Translations under genes and position numbers: made by a program | Source of the DNA: Candidatus Zixiibacteriota bacterium | GTDB taxonomy: Bacteria > RBG-13-66-14 > B26-G2 > WVWN01 | Length of the DNA stretch: 64,000 nt | Assembly: GCA_050117845.1 (NCBI GenBank) | Contig: JASFLY010000001.1 | Span: 64,001 to 128,000 of the forward strand | Direction: 5' to 3' | Shown: positions 56,883-64,000 of the stretch, piece after piece | Layout of the letters: each line of letters begins with the position of its first letter | Position numbering within the stretch: the first letter of the stretch is position 1 | Notes under the pieces: generated by a model | What the model was told of the DNA's origin: nothing | The model's input: only the letters and a program-made list of their open reading frames with translations | Database searches by the model: none

Positions 56883-57935
56883 GTGCGCGTGCTCTACGGC
56901 ACCCAGGGGACCGGCAACGGCCACCTGTCTCGGACGCAGGCCATAGTGCCACTCCTCCGGGAGGCCGGCGTCGAAATCGAGCTGATAATATCCGGGACTG
57001 AAAGCGAGGGCCTCAAGCGCGGCGTTCCGGAGCTTCAGCCCTACCGGGCCTTCCACGACCTGAGTTACGTCCGGCACGAGGGCCGGGTAGACCTGGGCCG
57101 GAGCCTGGAGATATTCAAACCGCTCGAGCTCGCCGAGGATTTCGCCGAAATACAGGGCGAATACGACCTCGTAATCAGCGACTTTGAGCCGCTGACGGCG
57201 TGGTGGGGCCTGTCGCACGAGGTGACAGTCGTCGGTATCGCGCACAACTGCGCCTTCCAGGGTAGGGCGCCGCGGCCGCTGGTGGGCGACCCGTTAATTG
57301 AGGCCGTCTTCCACTACTACGCCCCGGCCGACGTCCCCCTCGGCTCCCACTGGCAGCGCACGTCCGAGACCGTGATCCCGCCCATCGTGCGGGCGGAGGT
57401 CCTGAACGCGGAGGTCGAGGACCGCGGCCACGTCCTGGTCTACCTCCCCAGCTTCTCCGACGCGACGCTGGACGGGGCCTTCGGCGACGCGGAACTGGCG
57501 CCCTTCGAGTTCATCGCCTATCCCAAGAACTCGAAGCACGACGTGAGAGCGAACAACCTGACCATCAAGGATTTCTCCCGGGAGGGCTTCCGCGAGGATT
57601 TGCGGACGGCCCGGGCGGTGATAACGAGCGCCGGTTTCACGCTCCTCTCGGAATGCCTGCACCTAGGTAAGCCGCTCTACGTCATCCCGGAGGCCGGCCA
57701 GTACGAGCAGACCTGCAATGGCGAGGCGCTGAAGAGGTGGAACCTGGGCGCGGTGGCGACGAACTTGAAGCCGCGCGACGTGGCCAACTGGCTCGAGGCC
57801 CGGCGGATGTTGCAGAAGCGCTGGCCGGACGTGGCGGCGGCGTTCGTGGAATGGGTCGCCGGCGGCCGGGAGGAGAGCGCCGCCGACTTCTCGGCCCGAT
57901 TGTGGGAGGAGACGCGCAAGCTGGCGGCGGATTAG
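56883..57935 (+). CDS. MJ1255/VC2487-type glycosyltransferase (GT-B)
   Basis: LYGTQGTGNGHLSR, ISDFEP, LVYLP, AGF.L.SE.L.LGKP, GQYEQ..N. Confidence 0.88.
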   Translation: MRVLYGTQGTGNGHLSRTQAIVPLLREAGVEIELIISGTESEGLKRGVPELQPYRAFHDLSYVRHEGRVDLGRSLEIFKPLELAEDFAEIQGEYDLVISDFEPLTAWWGLSHEVTVVGIAHNCAFQGRAPRPLVGDPLIEAVFHYYAPADVPLGSHWQRTSETVIPPIVRAEVLNAEVEDRGHVLVYLPSFSDATLDGAFGDAELAPFEFIAYPKNSKHDVRANNLTIKDFSREGFREDLRTARAVITSAGFTLLSECLHLGKPLYVIPEAGQYEQTCNGEALKRWNLGAVATNLKPRDVANWLEARRMLQKRWPDVAAAFVEWVAGGREESAADFSARLWEETRKLAAD

Positions 57936-57939
57936 ACAT

Positions 57940-58638
57940 ATGTTGAATAGAGAGGCAAAAATACAATACAAAAAATCCGCTTTAGACCGTGAGATGTCTA
58001 TAGCCCACGGCTTGATCGAAACCGGGTTTCGAGAAATACAACGCCTAGACGGAGCGAACGATTTAAATTTCGTGCCGCTTTTATTAATCTCAAGTGGGTA
58101 CGAAAGACTACTAAAATGTATTTTATTTATATGCCAGAAAGACGACGACTGGGCTTATGAAGGAAAACGCTACGATAAAATGGGAATAGCCGGACACGAT
58201 ATTGGCATGTTGTTGAACGATTTATTATCATTAGACGTTGTTGATGCGTATTCAAGGAGTTGCAAAGCAGCGGAGAAAGACATCGATGACATTAGAAATG
58301 ACGGGTATTTAAACAAACTCCTTGGAATACTGACGAATTTCGGATTGGGGTCAAGGTACTATAACTTAGACGTAATCTTCAAAGAAGAAACCGAAGGGTT
58401 AGACCCCGAAGAAGAATTCGAAAGGATCGGTACGAGAAGTGGGGATTACGGTGATGACGTAGACGAACTAATCAAACATATAAACAAAGATATGATTATC
58501 TCCTTCGAGAAGTTTACGCGCGCCTTAGCGAGACTACTTACTCTTGGGACCCTAGGGGATTTCGCGAAAGTTTTAGGCAATGAATTGTATGATTTCCTTG
58601 TAATCGCCGATGAGGAGTTTGGGGAAAAAGAATATTAA
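57940..58638 (+). CDS. AT-rich hypothetical protein, HEPN-like
   Basis: G.ERLLKC...GHDI..LL...RYYNLD pattern; clearly lower GC than flanking genes. Confidence 0.6.
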   Translation: MLNREAKIQYKKSALDREMSIAHGLIETGFREIQRLDGANDLNFVPLLLISSGYERLLKCILFICQKDDDWAYEGKRYDKMGIAGHDIGMLLNDLLSLDVVDAYSRSCKAAEKDIDDIRNDGYLNKLLGILTNFGLGSRYYNLDVIFKEETEGLDPEEEFERIGTRSGDYGDDVDELIKHINKDMIISFEKFTRALARLLTLGTLGDFAKVLGNELYDFLVIADEEFGEKEY

Positions 58639-58695
58639 TAGCTAGCCCTAGGAAATATTGCTTTTTAAACCGATTTAGCCCCAACCTAAATAGAA

Positions 58696-58722
58696 GCCGG
58701 CCCCGGGCCGGCGTTTTCTTTT
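58696..58722 (+). terminator. Rho-independent terminator of the ligA operon
   Basis: GCCGGCCC/GGGCCGGC hairpin followed by GTTTTCTTTT. Confidence 0.7.
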
Positions 58723-58732
58723 CTCATAAGCG

Positions 58733-59133
58733 GGTGCCGTCAGGTGTTACCACCTGACGGCCGGCAGACAGGAATGTCCGCCCCACCGATGGTAACATCC
58801 GACGCCACTTCAATTGGCAGGAATGCCCGTCCCACTAAATGGCCCCCAGATAAAATAACCCCCGGAGGGCGACCCCGCAGGCCGCGAGCGGAGCGGGCCG
58901 GCCGAGGAGGCGCCCGAAGGCCGCGGCGGCCGACGCGTAGCGGCGGCCAAAGCGGTAATTCGATCCGGCGCCGGGAACGGCGAACCCCGACGCCCCGGCA
59001 GACAGGAATGTCTGCCCCACTAAGCGATCGGGATACCGGCCGCTTTAGCGGCCGGTACGTCACCGGCGGAGGTTAGCCACTATGACAGACAGGAATGTCT
59101 GTCCCACCAATAACCGCCGGTTTCAACCGGCGG
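58733..59133. repeat. REP/BIME-like palindrome cluster 1
   Basis: GCCGTCAGGTG-TTAC-CACCTGACGGC (58736-58761); four copies of (GGCA)GRCAGGAATGYCYGYCCCAC at about 58763, 58816, 58997 and 59084; further hairpins at about 59034 and 59113. Confidence 0.8.
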
Positions 59134-59142
59134 CACGACCTA

Positions 59143-61377
59143 CTAGAACTCCAGGACAATACCGAAGTTCGGCATCGTACCCCAATGGTAATACGGTACG
59201 CGCTCGGCGTAATCGTAGCTGTATCTATAAAACCAGACGGTCTCGGCGTCGTAGACGTTCTGGACGTCCAAGTAAACCGTTACGCTCCAGCTACTGCGGT
59301 AGAACCCCTTGTCGAAGCGCAGGTCTAGGCGGTGATACGCCGGGTAGCGGGCGGAGTTCTCGTCGCCGTCGACGCGGAACCAGCGCTGCGCCGCGGGGTC
59401 GTAGTAGCTGCCCTCGACGGGGGTGTAAGGCCGGCCGGTGGCGAACTTGAACTTGGCCGAGAAGAGCCACGTCTCCCACGGCTCGTAGCCGGCGAGGACG
59501 TTGAAGCCGTGCGTCTGGTCGTAGGGCGAAGGCAGGAGCGGCGCGCCGTCGCGTTCCCGACGGTACGATTGGCAATACGAGTAGGTGCCGCGGGTGAAGA
59601 GCCGGCTGCTTAACTTCTTGTGGTAGTACACCTCGCCGCCGCGGGCGTACCCGGAACCGGAGTTGCGTACCAGGTATTCGCCGTTGTGGACGGCGAACAC
59701 CGGTAGGTCGAACAGGTCCTTGTAGTACCCCTCCGCGCCTACTTCGAGGTCGGGCCGCAGGAGGTAGGTCAGGCCGGCGATATAGTGGTCGGCGCGGCCG
59801 GAATAAAGCGCGGGGCCCTCCGAGAGGTCGTTGACGGCGAGGTACGTATACAGGGGGGTTTGGTAGTATTGGCCGTAAGCGGCGTTGAGGGACAGCGCCT
59901 CCGTGAGAGCGACCTTCACGCCGGTCCGGGGGGCAACGGTCAGGTTGTCGGTGTATTCGAGGTAATCGGCCCGGGCCCCGGCGGTGACGCTCAGGCGTTC
60001 CCACGGCCGAACCGTCGTATCGGCGAACGCCGCGGCCTTGTACGTATCCGGTTCGTAGAGTAAATCGTACGAACCGACGGGCTCGCCGGTGGGCGTGTAG
60101 GCCGCCACGCCGGTCCTATGTGACCGTAACGTCACGTACTTGGCCGAGCCGCCGCCCCGCAAGATAACGCTCGGGTGGAGTTGGTACGTCAGTTTCCCTT
60201 TTACCGCGTTCTCGTAACTCTCGGACCGTTCCCGGTCGTCTTCGCCGGCGTTATACGCATGGACGTTCCAGTAGTTGCCCGTCCGGTACGCCGTGAGCGA
60301 GAGGGCTCCCGCGTCGGAGTAGAGCCACCGCCAGGTCAGGCCCCAGGCTTGCTGGTTCGCGTTATATTTGTATGCGTGCTCTTCGGCGTACTCCTTCTCC
60401 TCGGTATCGTCGACGTGGTCGGAAGCGTAGAAGGCGAGGGCGGACAGGCGATGGTGGGGAGAGAGGTCGTAGACGACCTTACCCTGCGCGTCGTAGTAAC
60501 GGGGAACGGCCTCACCGGGATCGGCGAAATCCATTATTGCATTCAATACTTCCAGGTAACTCTTCCGGGCGGCGCCGACGAACGATCCCCGCGAGCCCAG
60601 CGGCCCCTCCGCGATTAGGCCGACGCCAATCGTACTCGTATCGGCGGTGATGTGGTAGTTGCTGCGATCGCCCTCCCGACAGCGGATATCGAGGACGCCG
60701 GACATGCGGTCGCCGTACTCGGCGGGGTATCCTCCGGCGTAAAGCTCGACGTCGTCGATCAGCTCGATGTTAAGCGCGGTGATGATGCCTTCGGCGCCGT
60801 GGCTCTGGCCATAGTGGACCGGGTTGAAAATCTCGACGTCGTCTAAAATGGTCAAATTCTCGTTAGGATTGCCTCCTCGCACGATGAGGTCGGAGAATTC
60901 ATCGGTCGCGTTGACTCCCGGCATCGTTTGGAGTACGCGGTAAATATCGCCGGCCCCGCCGGGTTGGCGGCGAACCTCCTCCTTACTCATACTGTGGGCG
61001 GAGACCGTCGTGTCGGATTTCTCGGTAAAATAGTCCTCGGCGCGGATGCGGGTGACGCCTACCGACTCGGAGAGGAGCGCGACGTTCTTGGTTACCCGGC
61101 GCCCCGGCGTTACGACCACGTCGGAGACGGCGCGGGGGCCGTAGCCGATGAGCGAAACCTTAAGGACGTACGTGCCCGCCGGGACGTCCTCGAGTACGTA
61201 ATACCCGTTCCCGTCCGCGGTGTCGTAGAGGTCGGTCCCGCTCAACGCCACCAACGCGCCGACGCATGGCCGCTCGGACACCTCGTCGTAGACCGTACCG
61301 GATATCAAGCCAGTTCCGGCTCCGTGAATCACTGCCGGGAGGGCGAACACGGCGGTCCAAAGCGTCGCCTTTTTCAA
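59143..61377 (-). CDS. TonB-dependent receptor with N-terminal carboxypeptidase-regulatory-like domain
   Basis: VRGGNPNEN...LDD.EI.NP.H, GGYPAEYGDRMSGVLDI, YHRLDLR, C-terminal EF. Confidence 0.9.
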   Translation of the reverse strand: MKKATLWTAVFALPAVIHGAGTGLISGTVYDEVSERPCVGALVALSGTDLYDTADGNGYYVLEDVPAGTYVLKVSLIGYGPRAVSDVVVTPGRRVTKNVALLSESVGVTRIRAEDYFTEKSDTTVSAHSMSKEEVRRQPGGAGDIYRVLQTMPGVNATDEFSDLIVRGGNPNENLTILDDVEIFNPVHYGQSHGAEGIITALNIELIDDVELYAGGYPAEYGDRMSGVLDIRCREGDRSNYHITADTSTIGVGLIAEGPLGSRGSFVGAARKSYLEVLNAIMDFADPGEAVPRYYDAQGKVVYDLSPHHRLSALAFYASDHVDDTEEKEYAEEHAYKYNANQQAWGLTWRWLYSDAGALSLTAYRTGNYWNVHAYNAGEDDRERSESYENAVKGKLTYQLHPSVILRGGGSAKYVTLRSHRTGVAAYTPTGEPVGSYDLLYEPDTYKAAAFADTTVRPWERLSVTAGARADYLEYTDNLTVAPRTGVKVALTEALSLNAAYGQYYQTPLYTYLAVNDLSEGPALYSGRADHYIAGLTYLLRPDLEVGAEGYYKDLFDLPVFAVHNGEYLVRNSGSGYARGGEVYYHKKLSSRLFTRGTYSYCQSYRRERDGAPLLPSPYDQTHGFNVLAGYEPWETWLFSAKFKFATGRPYTPVEGSYYDPAAQRWFRVDGDENSARYPAYHRLDLRFDKGFYRSSWSVTVYLDVQNVYDAETVWFYRYSYDYAERVPYYHWGTMPNFGIVLEF

Positions 61378-61520
61378 AGGGGTCCCTCCGTCGCGAAGTT
61401 TGAGGTGTGAGATCCTAAAGCGGGCGTATCGGATAATGCTTTAAAATTATTGGGAGTTGTATAACACAGCCCCCAAGAGATGACAAGGTAAAACCTTGGG
61501 GCTCGGGAAATGTGAGAAAT

Positions 61521-61675
61521 GGTGCCGTCAGGTGTTACCGCCTGACGGCGCGACAGGCAGGAATGTCTGCCCCACCAAAACGCGGGCCGACCTGAAGGTC
61601 GGCCCCTACGTTTAATAGCCGCGTTTACTTCCGGCAGACAAGAATGTTCTGCCCCACCACAAATGTCCGCCCCAC
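61521..61675. repeat. REP/BIME-like palindrome cluster 2
   Basis: GGTGCCGTCAGGTGTTACCGCCTGACGGC (61521-61549), CAGGCAGGAATGTCTGCCCCACC (61554-61576), GGGCCGACCTGAAGGTCGGCCCCTAC (61584-61609), degenerate copies at 61633 and 61661. Confidence 0.8.
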
Positions 61676-63903
61676 TAGAACTCCAGTATAAAGCCGCCGA
61701 CGGGCATCATGCCCCACTGGTACGACTCTTCCCGTTCGCTATAGTCGTAACTATAATCGTACGCGAAGACGTTCTTGGCGTCGTACACGTTCTGGAGGTC
61801 GAAGTAGGTCGTCAGGCTCCAATTCTGCCGGTAGAACGCTTTATCGAAGCGGAGGTCCAGACGGTGATAGGACGAGTAGCGGGCGGAGTTGACGTCGCCG
61901 TCGATCCGGAACCACTGCTGGGCGGCCGGGTCGTAGTAGCTGCCGACGACGGGGGTATAAGGCCGGCCGCTCGCGAATTTGAACTTGGCGGAGAAGAGCC
62001 ACGTCTTCCACGGCTCGTAGCCGCCCAGAACCGTAAAACTGTGCGTCATGTCGTACGTGGAGGGGAAGAGTTCCTGGCCGTCCCGCAGGCGTCTGTAGGA
62101 CGCGAGATAGGAATAAGTGCCGCGGGTGAAGAGCCGGCCGCTCAATTTCTTGTGATAATACACCTCGCCGCCCCGGGCGTAACCGGAACCGGCGTTGCGG
62201 ACCATCCGCTCGCCGTTGTGGACGGCTGTAGTCGGAAGGTCGAAAAGGTTCTTGTAGTAGCCCTCGACGCCCAGCTCCAGGTCGGGCCGGAGGAGGTAGG
62301 TCAACCCGGCGATGTAATGGTCGGCGCGGCCGGAGTAAAGCGCCGGGCCGTTCGAGAGGTCGTTGACGGCGAGGGACGTGTACATCGGCGACTGGTAGTA
62401 TTGGCCGTAAGCCGCGTTCAAGGACAGCGTGTCCGTAACCGCGACCTTCGCGCCGGTACGGGGGGCCACGGTCAGGTTATCGGTATATTCGAGGTAATCG
62501 GCGCGGCCGCCGACGGTCAAACTCAGCCGTCCCCACGGCCGGACCGTCGTGTCGGCGAAAGCGGCCCCTTTATACGTATCGGGTTCGTAAAGATAATCGT
62601 ACGGGTTAATCGGCTCGCCGGTGCCGGTAAAACTAGCCACGCCGCGGTAACGCGAGCGGAGCGTCACGTACTTGGCGGAACCGCCGCCGCGCAGGATAAC
62701 GTTCGGGTGCAGCTGGTACGTCAACTTCCCCTTGAGCGCGTTCTCGTATCCCTCGGACTGCTCGCGGTTGTCCGCGAATGCGTTGTAAGCGTGGATGTTC
62801 CAGTAGTTGCCGGTCCGGTAGCCCGTAAGCGTAAGGGCGCCGTCGTCGGAGTAGAGCCAACGCCAGGTTAAACCCCAGGCGCGCTGGTTGGAAAGCCATT
62901 TCACGGCCCGGCTACGCGCGTACTCCTTATCTTCGGCGATGTCGATGCGGTCGGAGGCGTAGAAACCCAAAAAAGACAGACGGTGGCGGGGAGAGAGGTC
63001 GTAAACGACCTTGCCCTGCGTATCGTAATAGCGGGGAACGGAATCGCCGATGCCGGTAAAATCGGTAACTTTGCTAAGGACTTCCAGTAGGCTCTTTCGG
63101 CCCGAACCGACGAACGAACCGTTCGGGCCCAGCGGCCCCTCGACGATCAGGCCCAAGCCGGACATACTCATATCCGTGGAAACGTGGTAATTGCCCCGGT
63201 CGCCCTCCCGACAGCTTATGTCGAGAACGCCGGACATCCGGTCGCCGTATTCCGCGGGGTATCCGCCGGCGTAAAACTCGACGTCGTCGATAAGCTCGAG
63301 GTTGAGCGCGGTGATCGCGCCGTGGCTGCCGTAGGTCTGGCCGTAATGGACCGGATTGAAAACTTCGATATCGTCCAACAACGTAAGGTTCTCGTTGGGG
63401 TCGCCGCCGCGGACGACGAGGTCCGAGAAAATATCCGTGGCGTTGACGCCCGGGAGCGTGGACAGCACGCGATAGACGTCGCCCGCGCCGCCGGGCTGCC
63501 GGCGCATCTCCTCCTTACTCATGCTGTGGGCGGAGACCGAAGCGTCCGATTTTTCGGTGAAGTAGTTTTCGGCTCGGATATGCGTAACGCCGGCGGAGAC
63601 GGGCTTAAGCGATATGTCCTTGGTCGCCCGACGGCCCGGAATCACGACGACGTCGGTTACGGCCCGTGCCTCGTAACCGACGAGAGATACTTTTAAAACG
63701 TACGTCCCGGCCGGAACGTCGTCGATGACGAAGTACCCGTTCTCGTCGGCGGTGGCGTACAGGTTCGTACCGGACAGCGCGACCAGAGCGCCCACGGCCG
63801 GCCTCTCGGTAACCTCTTCATAAACCAGGCCGGAGAGAACGCCGGTCCCGGCGCCGTAGGCCGCCGCGGCGAGGCTGGTTACCAGAAGTAGTATCCTTTT
63901 CAC
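61675..63903 (-). CDS. TonB-dependent receptor (close paralog of 59143..61377)
   Basis: GTG start with AGGAG RBS; same motifs and long near-identical stretches. Confidence 0.9.
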   Translation of the reverse strand: MKRILLLVTSLAAAAYGAGTGVLSGLVYEEVTERPAVGALVALSGTNLYATADENGYFVIDDVPAGTYVLKVSLVGYEARAVTDVVVIPGRRATKDISLKPVSAGVTHIRAENYFTEKSDASVSAHSMSKEEMRRQPGGAGDVYRVLSTLPGVNATDIFSDLVVRGGDPNENLTLLDDIEVFNPVHYGQTYGSHGAITALNLELIDDVEFYAGGYPAEYGDRMSGVLDISCREGDRGNYHVSTDMSMSGLGLIVEGPLGPNGSFVGSGRKSLLEVLSKVTDFTGIGDSVPRYYDTQGKVVYDLSPRHRLSFLGFYASDRIDIAEDKEYARSRAVKWLSNQRAWGLTWRWLYSDDGALTLTGYRTGNYWNIHAYNAFADNREQSEGYENALKGKLTYQLHPNVILRGGGSAKYVTLRSRYRGVASFTGTGEPINPYDYLYEPDTYKGAAFADTTVRPWGRLSLTVGGRADYLEYTDNLTVAPRTGAKVAVTDTLSLNAAYGQYYQSPMYTSLAVNDLSNGPALYSGRADHYIAGLTYLLRPDLELGVEGYYKNLFDLPTTAVHNGERMVRNAGSGYARGGEVYYHKKLSGRLFTRGTYSYLASYRRLRDGQELFPSTYDMTHSFTVLGGYEPWKTWLFSAKFKFASGRPYTPVVGSYYDPAAQQWFRIDGDVNSARYSSYHRLDLRFDKAFYRQNWSLTTYFDLQNVYDAKNVFAYDYSYDYSEREESYQWGMMPVGGFILEF

Positions 63904-63928
63904 CAATTCTCCTTCCCGAATCTCGGGG

Positions 63929-64000
63929 TTAATTTTCAAGCTTTCCCGACGCGATGTCTTCCATGATATTATCGATGGCGGCGAGCAATGTTTCCAACCC
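63929..64000 (-). CDS. C-terminal end of an unidentified upstream gene (partial)
   Basis: Open frame GLETLLAAIDNIMEDIASGKLEN* ending 25 nt before the receptor start. Confidence 0.4.
   Translation of the reverse strand, partial: GLETLLAAIDNIMEDIASGKLEN

Noticed and set aside
58733..59133. CRISPR array or small ORFs in the repeat region
   Set aside because: Repeats are degenerate and irregularly spaced with no cas genes; the ORFs are translations of REP sequence

Overview
GC-rich chromosomal segment from a diderm, probably anaerobic bacterium. It carries TonB-dependent receptors, an S8 protease with a T9SS/FlgD-type C-terminus, PPDK and a 2-oxoacid:ferredoxin oxidoreductase. An uncultured FCB-related candidate phylum is an inference, not shown by the sequence. 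Housekeeping genes: end of mreC, rnhC, PpiD/SurA-like chaperone, ppdK, TIGR03960/TIGR03936 radical SAM, rne/rng, ilvC, moxR-M23-bactofilin, porG/D/A/B, divIVA, ribF, rpsO, ligA. Most unusual items: (1) a livG-like ABC ATPase with a two-helix membrane insertion, separated from livF by a lipoprotein SagB-type flavoprotein and three paralogous 2-TM/PH-like proteins, with no LivH/LivM/LivK in the window; (2) a GGDEF-STAND NTPase-TPR gene inside the por operon; (3) a ~16 kb co-oriented island between rpsO and ligA of duplicated and shuffled envelope proteins (NHL, SH3, TolB-like, TonB-C, TPR, LITAF-like Zn ribbons, a GltJ/AgmX-like protein); (4) a WYL-less YafY-type HTH upstream of two paralogous secreted proteins; (5) a metalloenzyme gene with no canonical start, in frame behind a DUF6308 stop; (6) REP clusters downstream of each of two duplicated TonB-dependent receptors. 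No tRNA, rRNA, CRISPR array, integrase or transposase was recognised. All family calls are by motif recognition, not database search.
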